Assembly: GCA_049512935.1 (NCBI GenBank) | Contig: JBEKWR010000002.1 | Coordinates: forward strand, 32,001-96,000 | Length of the DNA stretch: 64,000 nt | Direction of reading: 5' to 3' | Origin: Candidatus Bathyarchaeia archaeon | Lineage (GTDB): Archaea > Thermoproteota > Bathyarchaeia > Bathyarchaeales > Bathycorpusculaceae | Shown: one piece after another, positions 46,422-55,604 of the stretch | How the letters are laid out: every line of letters starts with the position of its first letter | Numbering within the stretch: position 1 is the first letter of the stretch | Position numbers and translations under genes: made by a program | Notes under the pieces: model-generated | Seen by the model: only the letters and a program-made list of their open reading frames with translations | What the model was told of the DNA's origin: nothing | Databases searched by the model: none

Positions 46422-47708
46422 CTAGTTGAGCAGTGGTATTTGAGCGCCAGTTGATTGGTACGTTATCTGGCTAATTGTTGTAGTGTCGATGGCGACGATG
46501 TTAGCTGGGAGTGGAGCATAGCCCTCTTTTGTTGCGTACGCTTGGCCTTGGTTTATGACCCATGTTAGGAAGCTTACGAGAGCAGCGCCCTGATTGAAGC
46601 TTGTCTGCGATTCGTATACTAGAGCGTAAGTTAAGGTCACAATTGGGTAGATGCCAGTATCTGTTTTGTCATTGAAGATGTTGTCGATTATTGAAACGTT
46701 TGACCACACGCCGTTTCCAGCTGGAAGGTTAGTTGCGCCTGCTGCTAGCGAAAGCTGCATGTTTGACACGTTTGCCAAGATGGCGTTGCCCGCGGCGTTT
46801 ACTACGGCTCCATAGGAGATTAGACTTGGATTCTGGAGTGCGTAAGCTATTTCGAGTGGACCTATTGACCCTGTGTACAATTCAATGTCTTGTGCTACGC
46901 CAGCGTTTCCTTTAGCGCCTAAGCCTACTGGCCAGTTTGGAAGCTTGCTCTTTCCAGGTCCATTTGCCCATGCGGTGCTTGCCTGAGACAGATAATCGGT
47001 GAAGGCGAACATTGTTCCGCTACCGTCTGACCTGTGGATCACGGTTATTGCTGTAGAGGGCAATTGAGCTGCTAAAGTCGGGTTTAGCTGTTGGAGAGAC
47101 AAATCATTCCATGTGGTAATTGTTCCTAAGAAAATGTTTGCTAGCACTGTCCCGTTGAAAATGAGCCCGTCCGGACACATTGAACCGTTGACCAGTTTTA
47201 GGTTGTATGCTGGTACAACTGCGCTGGCAGATATTGGAATAGTTAATGCTGTTGTGCCTGTAGGGAGCCCCGCGATGTCTGCTGCTTGCAGCGGCATATC
47301 TGATTCGCCGAAATCGACAGTTTGACCTTGGAAGGCTGTGATTCCTGCGCCGCTTCCGACTGCATTGTAGTTAACCTGCACTTTGGGTTGGTATTGGTTG
47401 TAGGCTATTTGCCAGTCAGCCATTAATGGTTGGACAAGTGTGCCGCCTGCCCCGTTAAGCTGGGTTGCAGGCGATATTGTTGGAACAGGAGTTGGAGCTG
47501 GAGTGGGTGTTGGAGCGGCAGTTGGGCCTGCTGTTGGAGCAGCTGTTGGTTTCGCCGTTGGTGCGGCTGTAGGCGCAGCTGTCGGGGTTGGTGTGGGGCT
47601 TGAAGCTTGCTTTGAGGCGTTTGATGACATATACGTGTAAGCGAATACGCTACCTATTATGATGGCGATGACGACTACTGCGATAACTATCATGTATGTA
47701 GTTTTCAT
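46422..47708 (-). CDS. pstS: Phosphate ABC transporter substrate-binding protein
   Basis: VGSGAGI, VDFGESD, HRSDGSGT and YPIVTLTY; N-terminal anchor with PTAA repeats; GAGGT SD. Confidence 0.96.
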   Translation of the reverse strand: MKTTYMIVIAVVVIAIIIGSVFAYTYMSSNASKQASSPTPTPTAAPTAAPTAKPTAAPTAGPTAAPTPTPAPTPVPTISPATQLNGAGGTLVQPLMADWQIAYNQYQPKVQVNYNAVGSGAGITAFQGQTVDFGESDMPLQAADIAGLPTGTTALTIPISASAVVPAYNLKLVNGSMCPDGLIFNGTVLANIFLGTITTWNDLSLQQLNPTLAAQLPSTAITVIHRSDGSGTMFAFTDYLSQASTAWANGPGKSKLPNWPVGLGAKGNAGVAQDIELYTGSIGPLEIAYALQNPSLISYGAVVNAAGNAILANVSNMQLSLAAGATNLPAGNGVWSNVSIIDNIFNDKTDTGIYPIVTLTYALVYESQTSFNQGAALVSFLTWVINQGQAYATKEGYAPLPANIVAIDTTTISQITYQSTGAQIPLLN

Positions 47709-47774
47709 CTTTGTTACCTCTTTTTACAAGCGACAATGTAGAATCTGTTGTTATATCGATTCCCAACATAATTA

Positions 47775-47790
47775 CTATAGACTATATAGA
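47775..47790. promoter_or_regulatory. Candidate Pho-box-like motif upstream of pstS
   Basis: Minus strand TCTATATAGTCTATAG shares TATATAGTCTATA exactly with 41811-41823. Confidence 0.55.
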
Positions 47791-47954
47791 CGAGGAAAGA
47801 AGCGAAAGAAGCCTGTAAACCCCAAGAAAACACAGCTTAATCGCCAATTTTTTCGGGAAGGAAGTAAGCGGGGCACAGCTCAGCCGAGTTCACCATGCCT
47901 TTTCTATGAAAACGGGGTAACCTTCAAAAGAGAGCATGTACCGTCATTGGGACA

Positions 47955-48590
47955 ATGGTACCTATTCTGAACGTTAATTGGCAGAGTCTTCCAGAGGACT
48001 ATTACCTTAGCGAACGCGATGCTGACGTGTTGACGCTTATAGAAACTGAAGACTTAGCCGTATTCACGTTTGACGGGCTGAAAAGAAGAACAGGCTTGCA
48101 TCCTGAAACGCTTTCTCGCATCCTTGCCCGACTGGAGCAAGAGGGCATAGTGAAAAAGGAGCATGAAGGCTACAGGGTCACCCCTAAAATAACCAAGCTT
48201 AAACTCAGCCGAACACGCCCACGCAACGAAGAGGCTGCGACGCCGCTGATTCAAACTTTTCTTCCGTCAGACTTGATGACGCAGCAGCTTATCTTATCGC
48301 TTAAAGGCAAATGGTTCGGACTGCTCCGTTGGCTTGGCATTTCAGAAAATAGTCGAGGAGTGACGTTGAAGTGGGTCACGGAAGACGGCGGAATCCAAGT
48401 AGCCGCAAACATTCAGGGAACCGCGCTTAACATCGAAGCGAAATTCTTAACAAGCAACGACTTAAACCTCGCGTTGAAGGCTTCTTACCAGCTTATGGCG
48501 AACATCGGCAAGCTTTGCCAAGGCTCACATACAGCGACAGCGAGGAACGTGGCTTACTACGGCGGCTCGAACTTCTTCATGCCCGCTTAA
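47955..48590 (+). CDS. Winged-helix domain hypothetical protein
   Basis: FTFDGLKRRTGLHPETLSRILARLEQEGIV..GYRVT. Confidence 0.75.
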   Translation: MVPILNVNWQSLPEDYYLSERDADVLTLIETEDLAVFTFDGLKRRTGLHPETLSRILARLEQEGIVKKEHEGYRVTPKITKLKLSRTRPRNEEAATPLIQTFLPSDLMTQQLILSLKGKWFGLLRWLGISENSRGVTLKWVTEDGGIQVAANIQGTALNIEAKFLTSNDLNLALKASYQLMANIGKLCQGSHTATARNVAYYGGSNFFMPA

Positions 48591-48821
48591 TCGCACTGTA
48601 GTCTTTTTTTAGCGGAAACCTGCGTTTTGGTTATTCGCCTTTGCACCAAGTCACCTCAACACTAATGTATCCCCATGCCATTGCCAAAAGCACTAGCAGC
48701 AAAAAATTATGTGATTAATCGGTGACTAAATAGGGGTAAATTGGGAAAAAGCATTTAAAAAGCAAACATAAGCTATGAACGTCCAAATGGGGTTGGTAGT
48801 TGCGCGGGTCTTGGTTGCATA

Positions 48822-49829
48822 ATGGTGGAGCAAGAAACAGAGGAGACAGAGCTAAAGAACTTAAAGCTTGAGAAATTGAAGGCTGAAGTAAGCTTCGATT
48901 ATCACTCTTCAAGGTTCTTCTCTCTGCTTTTCTTAGCCATCTACATCGTCGCCGTAACCATTTTCTGCATAGAATACAGAATCATACCCGGCCCCGAATT
49001 CTTGGTTCTGGGAATTCTCTTCGTCGCCGCTTACAGCAAGCAGACCTGGAGCGCCCTGAAAGATTGGCTGCCGTTCATCACCGTGTTCCTCTCTTACGAG
49101 GTCATGTACAGCTTCGTAGGCATCGTCTCGTCAAGTAACCTCCACTCTGGACCGCAGATCATAGACACAAGCCTGTTCGGTCAACCGCTGTCGCTTACGC
49201 TTCAGCAGACGGTGAGGTTACCGATTCTTGACTACATGGGAGCCGTCTTCTACGGAATATACTTCTTTGTGCCCACCGTTTTCGCATACGTGGTTTGGAA
49301 AAAGAGCCCCAAGAACTACTGGAAGTACACCGTTGCCTTCGGCGTGTTGACTTACAGCGCTTTGATAACGTTTCTTTTCTATCCTGTCGCGCCTCCGTGG
49401 TTTCAATACAACTCAGCGTTTAACCCCACATACTCGGGGCCGCAGGTCATAAGGATCCTAACTGGGTCCGTTGACGTTCAACTGCATCTTCCCGTCTACA
49501 AGACACTGTTTGATTTTCTAAGCCCCAACCTTTACGCCGCCTTTCCAAGCATGCACTCCGCCATGCCCTGGCTGGTTTTCCTCTTCGCATTCAGAATCTG
49601 GAAATGGAAATCCCTTCCGGTGGCGATCATCCCGGTGGGCACATGGTTCAGCGCGGTTTACCTTGGTGAACACTACTTCACGGACGTCGTGGGTGGAATA
49701 GTTTACGCCACAGTCGCGTACTTCGCAGTCGTCAAACTCTTGCCGTACGTGTCAGACAGGATCAACTTCCTGCAGAAGCACGTTCCAAAAGAAAAAAAAG
49801 CCGAATCATCTACCCCGGTTTCGGGCTAA
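48822..49829 (+). CDS. PAP2_3/Aur1-like membrane phosphoesterase or phosphotransferase
   Basis: YPVAPPW, AAFPSMH and VYLGEHYFTDV. Confidence 0.88.
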   Translation: MVEQETEETELKNLKLEKLKAEVSFDYHSSRFFSLLFLAIYIVAVTIFCIEYRIIPGPEFLVLGILFVAAYSKQTWSALKDWLPFITVFLSYEVMYSFVGIVSSSNLHSGPQIIDTSLFGQPLSLTLQQTVRLPILDYMGAVFYGIYFFVPTVFAYVVWKKSPKNYWKYTVAFGVLTYSALITFLFYPVAPPWFQYNSAFNPTYSGPQVIRILTGSVDVQLHLPVYKTLFDFLSPNLYAAFPSMHSAMPWLVFLFAFRIWKWKSLPVAIIPVGTWFSAVYLGEHYFTDVVGGIVYATVAYFAVVKLLPYVSDRINFLQKHVPKEKKAESSTPVSG

Positions 49830-50111
49830 ATCCGTTTTTCGTTCGAAAAACTCGCCGGCACCCCGTAATCTTAGTTTGCCAGTCTCGAAATCTAGTCGTA
49901 AAAACGGCTGCTTAGCGTTTAACGCATTGCCCCGTGGCGGCGTCGAAATGGTAGGTTTTGCTGTAGTCGCAGGTTCTGCAGTCGTCTTTTATTTCTTGAC
50001 CGTACGGGCAACCTTTCAAGTCAGCCATGATTTTTTCACCATGCTTGGAAGGATATCGAAATCTTGCTATTTAAACTGTGCAGATTTTTTGTCGCGTATA
50101 GCAGGTTGGAC

Positions 50112-50585
50112 CTATGAAGAGTCGAATTTTATTATGGCGGGCGAAAAATACGTGTTAAGGTCTTGAGTGAGGCTTGTTATTTGGTCGCTGCTTAGGGGAC
50201 TGTTTGCAAAAAGAACGACTACTTGGTTATCCAAACTTCCAGAGCCAGGGTAACCTGTGACATCCATGTTGAGTGTTGTTTGATCTGAGCCGCTTATTGG
50301 TATGGTTGCAAGTTCTGGATATTTCGACACCAAGGGTTGCAGGGCTTGCACGGAGGGAGTACCGATCCCGGCCTGAGCGTTTAAATTTGTAATCTTAAGG
50401 TGCCATGAATAAAATGTTAGGTTTGAATCTGGAAAGTTAGTTATACCAGCAGGAACGTAATTCTCGCCTAAATAGGTGAAAACAGCTGTTGGTTTAGAGG
50501 AATTAGAAATAACGAAGAAAACTGCCACAACTGCTACGATAATTACTAGCACGATTGCCAAGACAGCTGTAATTTTCTTGTTCAT
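50112..50585 (-). CDS. Membrane-anchored secreted hypothetical protein
   Basis: MNKKI plus hydrophobic anchor; S/T/N-rich body. Confidence 0.65.
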   Translation of the reverse strand: MNKKITAVLAIVLVIIVAVVAVFFVISNSSKPTAVFTYLGENYVPAGITNFPDSNLTFYSWHLKITNLNAQAGIGTPSVQALQPLVSKYPELATIPISGSDQTTLNMDVTGYPGSGSLDNQVVVLFANSPLSSDQITSLTQDLNTYFSPAIIKFDSS

Positions 50586-50864
50586 ATGGCACCAACTCTG
50601 GTTTATTTGGTTCAGCTGCTTTTAATCCCTTCGTAAGCAAACAAGCGTTTTACCAAAGCAGCAACCAAGCAGTTCGCAGAAGCATTACAGCTTTGACCCC
50701 GAAAACATGCAATCAAAACGCGCACAAAAGATGCTTAGAGCAAACAAGTAGCCCGGGAGAGACGGGCGCCCAGGCATGAATCTATACGGAATTAGGCCTC
50801 GGAATAAAGCTCTTTCCCCCATTTTTTCTTTGTTTCTTTTTTTAGCTAGGAGGCTGAGCTAAGC

Positions 50865-51407
50865 TTGGTCGAGGAGCAGACCGTTATCGATGTTCAGCCT
50901 AAGAACCTAATCTGCAACTTTCGAGCTCCCAACTTGCAGCAATACCAGCGTTGGAAGGCTTACGTTCAATGGGCTAAAGAAAACGGCATGGACGTCTGCC
51001 ATGTCACACTTAGTCTGATTGATTCTTTTATGAAAGGAACCGAGGGCGCAGCCGAGGTACGTAACGGAAAGCAAGTCATCACTATCCAGCAGAACAACGT
51101 TTTTCAGTATCAGGTTTCCAAGCCCAGAAGAGAACCATATGACTTGAGTTGTGTTAAACGAGAGTACCAGAAAACATTTAGTAGTAGCCTTTTTGAGGCA
51201 TATGTCCTTAACAAAGCAAGAGAGCTAACGAGGGAATTTAGCTACATGGACTTTTTAGAGCTTAAACATGATGCTTTCCGCCGAATTGTACTACGCTTGA
51301 AGCGGAAAGGCAAAATTGTGGCTAATCCTCAGCGATCGGTTCCGAGATTTTACTTTTTAGCTGACCGCGTCAGCGACTACTCTTCAGATGGAAGAACAAC
51401 ACAGTAA
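50865..51407 (+). CDS. Hypothetical protein with possible C-terminal wHTH (mobile-element-like)
   Basis: GGAGG SD; FRRIVLRLKRKGKI..PRFYFL wing-like motif; at the island's left edge. Confidence 0.6.
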   Translation: MVEEQTVIDVQPKNLICNFRAPNLQQYQRWKAYVQWAKENGMDVCHVTLSLIDSFMKGTEGAAEVRNGKQVITIQQNNVFQYQVSKPRREPYDLSCVKREYQKTFSSSLFEAYVLNKARELTREFSYMDFLELKHDAFRRIVLRLKRKGKIVANPQRSVPRFYFLADRVSDYSSDGRTTQ

Positions 51408-51527
51408 AACAAATGTTTACATGGGAAATTGCCAATTATTATCCCCACAGGATCTATCGGTGGTTTGCCACATTTGTTATTTTTGTTATGACTGTTATTT
51501 CGACTTGAAATGGGTCCTGACACCCTC

Positions 51528-52367
51528 TTAGCTATCTGGGACAACGCAGAACTTGTGTGGTTTATGGTCTTTGTCTACTAGAATTCGCTTCTCTTTCTCC
51601 AGTCGTTTGAGCTCAGCTCTGACAAAACTCTGAGGTTGCCTGATTTTTTCAGCGATACCTTGGACTGTGTTGTTTCCGCTTGCTATCTCTTTTAGCAAAG
51701 TTTCTCTGCTGAGTTTTTCAAGCTTTTCTTCTGCAACCCTTCGAATTTCCTTTTCTATGGGCGAGTATATGTGGTATCTTTGGTTGAGATCTTGAAGGTT
51801 TTGGGAGAGAGCCATTTCCCAAGGCACACCAGCTGCGGCTGACTGCGCTTGACATTCTCTGCTGATGAGTTTCCAGTCAAGCCCGGATTCTGCAAGGATT
51901 CGCATATCATCTAGGTCTGCCTCTCGTTCGGTTATTCCTTTGAATAGGAAGATATCCTCTTTTGATGTAATGAGAACTGTCAAGTGGCTGCCTTTGTAAA
52001 GCGGCTTTGCTCTTTGCTTGATCGCTTCTGACAGCGTTAGCGCATTGCAGACTTTGTTGACGAATAAGTCCCAGCGGAAGCCGTCTGTGTTTTCCATTAT
52101 TGCATTAGTTTGCATTTTACAATAGCTCTTTGTGATGAGAGCCTGAGCGGGCTTGTCGTAACCTGATTTACTTAGCGCAGTGAGCAAACTGTTAAGCTGT
52201 TCTGCGTTTGTTAGGATGATGTCGATGTCTTTGGTTGCTTCTTTGAGTCCATAGAATGCCATGGCGCCTCCTCCAATGAGGTAAAGTGTTGCAGGTTGTG
52301 TCTTGGTGTCGAGTTTGTCGAATTCTTGTTGGAGGTAGTTTTTGTTAAAGGAGCGCCTTTGCGTCAT
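51528..52367 (-). CDS. DUF6036-like nucleotidyltransferase (AbiEii-like) with C-terminal wHTH
   Basis: YLIGGGAMAFYGLKEATKDIDI and EDIFLFKGITEREADLDD. Confidence 0.8.
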   Translation of the reverse strand: MTQRRSFNKNYLQQEFDKLDTKTQPATLYLIGGGAMAFYGLKEATKDIDIILTNAEQLNSLLTALSKSGYDKPAQALITKSYCKMQTNAIMENTDGFRWDLFVNKVCNALTLSEAIKQRAKPLYKGSHLTVLITSKEDIFLFKGITEREADLDDMRILAESGLDWKLISRECQAQSAAAGVPWEMALSQNLQDLNQRYHIYSPIEKEIRRVAEEKLEKLSRETLLKEIASGNNTVQGIAEKIRQPQSFVRAELKRLEKEKRILVDKDHKPHKFCVVPDS

Positions 52368-53302
52368 GCGACCACCCTATAGTCTGTTGCTTTTTCGACG
52401 AACTCGTTCCAGGTTGGCAGCATTGAGTCGGCTTGACGTTTGTGAGTTTTTAAGAATTGTTGCATGGAATCGATTTGACTTCTAATGCCGAGTCGCTGGG
52501 CTTCACTTAGCAGATATGCCGTGTCCAAGTTGTTCCCGATTTTCTTGAGCAGAAGAAGAGCATAAGTTGTGTACCTCGTGCTGTCTGGCTCTATTAACAA
52601 AGTGTGCAGTATAGCGTCTTCTGGCCGGATTTCCTTCTTGTTTTTTGAATAGAGGTAGATTTCGGATTCCGAGAAAAGAGGCAGGTCGTATTCCTGAAAT
52701 ATGGAAGTTGCAGTTTTGAGGAAGCCTTTCGGAGGTCGCTGCACTGTCTTGGGTGCGCGCATCAAAAACTCTCCGTCTTTTTGCCAAAGGATGACTGCGT
52801 CTTTTGAGGCGGTGGCTGCTATTTTTCTCAGAAAGAAATCTTGATATTCCATAAGGAATTCGGATAGAGTTTGAAAGCGGGAATTAATGGAGCCGCTTTG
52901 AGTGATTATTCCGCGGGTTTTCAAGTTTTTAAGGTGACGCCAAAGAGTGTTTTTGGGAATAGTAACTGCGTGATTTTCAGGTCCGTTCAGAGTTTGAAGC
53001 AGGATGTCTATTGCTTTGCCGCTTAGAACATTTTCCCAGTCAATGTGGCTATGGACTGATAAGAGATCGTTAAGCAATATTGCATGTTTTGAATCACTGA
53101 AGTAAGTTTGCTTTTTGAATGCATGCTGGGTTGTTTTAATAAGACCTTTTTGTTCAAGCTTCTTTAGGTTGTAGGAGAGAAGTTGTGGTGTCATTGAAAG
53201 AGCTTTCTCTATGGAAAATAGTTCGTGATTTCCTTTTGCTATCCCTTTTAGTATGGATAGCTCAGCTTTACTGAAGGTGTATTCGGAGCTTGCAGTTTTC
53301 AT
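52364..53302 (-). CDS. Double wHTH protein (AbiEi-like partner)
   Basis: Two wHTH-like segments; EDAILHTL, YALLLL and LPTWNEF; ATGA overlap with the nucleotidyltransferase. Confidence 0.7.
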   Translation of the reverse strand: MKTASSEYTFSKAELSILKGIAKGNHELFSIEKALSMTPQLLSYNLKKLEQKGLIKTTQHAFKKQTYFSDSKHAILLNDLLSVHSHIDWENVLSGKAIDILLQTLNGPENHAVTIPKNTLWRHLKNLKTRGIITQSGSINSRFQTLSEFLMEYQDFFLRKIAATASKDAVILWQKDGEFLMRAPKTVQRPPKGFLKTATSIFQEYDLPLFSESEIYLYSKNKKEIRPEDAILHTLLIEPDSTRYTTYALLLLKKIGNNLDTAYLLSEAQRLGIRSQIDSMQQFLKTHKRQADSMLPTWNEFVEKATDYRVVA

Positions 53303-53495
53303 AGACTTCCATAATATTGAAATGCTATATAAGCCTTTAAATTATATGGTGTGCGAAAAGATTAAGCAGCTGATTACAAGTAAACTAGCTTGCAGCACTT
53401 TCCACCGGGCTCTTAATGCTAAACCTATCTTCTATAATTGCCAGACCGCAGAGCAACGGCTTGCACCTTCTATCGATGTGTTATACAGCATTTAA

Positions 53496-55604
53496 TCAGC
53501 TCGAGGGTTTCACACTCGGAGAGAAATTCAGCTTGTAGTCCGCCAGATTCCCTGCAAACATTTCTCTTAGTTCTCCGTCATCTTTAAGCCATTCTCCAGC
53601 GCCAAGCAGTACCCGGGTCATTTCCGTTCTTTCCCTTATCACTTTCAGTATTCGTTCTTCATAAGTGCCCTTCAAATCAAATAGATAGATTTCGACGGGT
53701 TCCTTCTCCCGAAAAGCTAGTGAGTTGATCCTATCGACTCGACCCACCCTTTGCTCCATGGCAGATGGACTCCATTCAAGGTCATAGTGCATGATTCTAC
53801 GGCAGGAAAGGTGAAGATCGATGCTCTCCCTTCCCTTTTGGCTGCAGATTAAGACGTAAGGAGGCCCCGGAAGGTTGAATGCAAACTGAGTGTGTTCAAT
53901 GGGTTTGTCTTCTTCCGATTGGTCGCCAGTTATTGTTGCCACATAATCGATGTGCTGACTAGGACCCCATGTTTCACTCCAGTATTTGATTTGAGGTTCT
54001 CTTCCAATTAGCTCCTTGTTTAGCTGATTTAGGACCTCGTCGATTCGAGAAGCGTCAAGATCTTTGAAGTAGTATGAAGCGAATCTGGCTCTATCAATAT
54101 TTCCAGAAAATTCTCGTCTATGCAGTGCCGCTCTAACTTTCACCCATTTCTTTGCGCCATCTTTCTGTTCCCTTTGGAACCTGTCTTTCAGGCGTTTTCT
54201 CAACTCACGTATAGTAGCGTTTCTCTCACAGAATACGACAATTTTCTGGAACGAGGTTGGGTTGCTCCTTACGATTCGTTCGATTTCCGATACAGCGAAC
54301 TCCAACTTTGGGGACTCGTTTCCTGCTGCCTTTGGAGGAAGGAATGCAACTACATCATTAAACTGCCCGCTCTTCTCGTTTGAATGCCGGATAGCACTAT
54401 ATGACGAGCACAGCGTCTCTCGATTGCTTGCTATATGCGGCCTCGCACCCCCTGAGAGCATTTCCATGAATTTGCTTTCCAAGGCGAAAGTGGCGAATGC
54501 ATGACTTGGCGAAGCCATCAAGTCCTGAGGAACATCTAAAATGTTTAATCTTCGCCTTTCCTTGCCATTCGGCCACTTATCTGGCCAGGTATTTCGAACG
54601 AGATATCTGCGAAGTTTGGTCTCTACCTGAGTCTTTAGGTCTGTCGAAGGTGGATCTCTCGTCCTTACAGCCGACCGGAATTCATTCAAGGTTTCCTTAA
54701 GTCTCGCAACTTCTGTTCCTTCGTTAATGATCGTCGCGGTATACAAGTCCTTGATTCGTTCGATAAGCTCATCGATGTCCAGTGAGAATGGGGTTGCAGT
54801 AACCAGCAGAGCTCTGTGTGCTTTCGAAGATAACACTTCTTGGAGAAAAGCGTGATTCTGTTCTCCGCCGAGTCTATGGGCTTCATCGAGAATCAATAAG
54901 TCTGCAGCTGTACCGGCAGGTCTTCGAGTTGAAAGAACCAGCCGTTGCAGATTTCGATATGCTCCGTAAACACTGACCCACTTGCCAGAATTACGATCAT
55001 AGTTATCAAACCAGAAACGATTCATCTGCTTTCTTGATACAGTTCTTGGGTTTTCAACACCTGTCCCTACGGGAACGTCAACGAGCCTCTGAGCTCTAAA
55101 TAGCTCTTTCAGAAGACGGCTTCGATTCTTGCCTCGCGGTGCATTCTTAGCATGGGCGAGTTTTTCAAACATATCTCTAACCTCATTGCCAGTTGTGTTT
55201 TTCATCGATTCATATGAGACAAAAGAGATCCCGGATTTTATTCGATCCAACCTATCGACTTCTTTCCCTTTTGGGAGGAACGAGTTTTCAACCTGTTTAG
55301 ACCTCAACAAATCCCAACGCTTCCTCCAGATTTGTGTCATATTGTTGTTGGAAGTGAGAACTAGAACCTTTGTTTCTGGGCCTTTCCTTTTGAAAACCGA
55401 AGCGGCAACTGCGAGAGAGACATAGGTCTTTCCCATTCCGACTTCATCAGCTAGTATCGCGCCAGGAACAGCATTCGGCCCATAAAGCCGTTCTAAAATT
55501 GCAGCGGCCGTAATTTTCTGTCGGGCAATGTCAGGAGCTTCGACCAATTCATCCAGATTTAGGTTGAGCCAATTCAAATCATGCACTGAAAGAGATTGGC
55601 TCAT
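53496..55604 (-). CDS. SF2 (SNF2-like) helicase/ATPase of a three-gene defence-like operon
   Basis: ILADEVGMGKT, LILDEAH, TATP, ESIDLH and EQRVGRVDR. Confidence 0.9.
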   Translation of the reverse strand: MSQSLSVHDLNWLNLNLDELVEAPDIARQKITAAAILERLYGPNAVPGAILADEVGMGKTYVSLAVAASVFKRKGPETKVLVLTSNNNMTQIWRKRWDLLRSKQVENSFLPKGKEVDRLDRIKSGISFVSYESMKNTTGNEVRDMFEKLAHAKNAPRGKNRSRLLKELFRAQRLVDVPVGTGVENPRTVSRKQMNRFWFDNYDRNSGKWVSVYGAYRNLQRLVLSTRRPAGTAADLLILDEAHRLGGEQNHAFLQEVLSSKAHRALLVTATPFSLDIDELIERIKDLYTATIINEGTEVARLKETLNEFRSAVRTRDPPSTDLKTQVETKLRRYLVRNTWPDKWPNGKERRRLNILDVPQDLMASPSHAFATFALESKFMEMLSGGARPHIASNRETLCSSYSAIRHSNEKSGQFNDVVAFLPPKAAGNESPKLEFAVSEIERIVRSNPTSFQKIVVFCERNATIRELRKRLKDRFQREQKDGAKKWVKVRAALHRREFSGNIDRARFASYYFKDLDASRIDEVLNQLNKELIGREPQIKYWSETWGPSQHIDYVATITGDQSEEDKPIEHTQFAFNLPGPPYVLICSQKGRESIDLHLSCRRIMHYDLEWSPSAMEQRVGRVDRINSLAFREKEPVEIYLFDLKGTYEERILKVIRERTEMTRVLLGAGEWLKDDGELREMFAGNLADYKLNFSPSVKPSS

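Noticed and set aside
47480-47600. Tandem 12-nt-like repeats in pstS
   Set aside because: They encode an ordinary PTAA/PT linker between the anchor and the binding domain.
48822-49829. Possible pathway link between the Aur1-like PAP2 protein and ino1 (inositol lipids)
   Set aside because: The genes are 31 kb apart and PAP2_3 substrates cannot be inferred from motifs.
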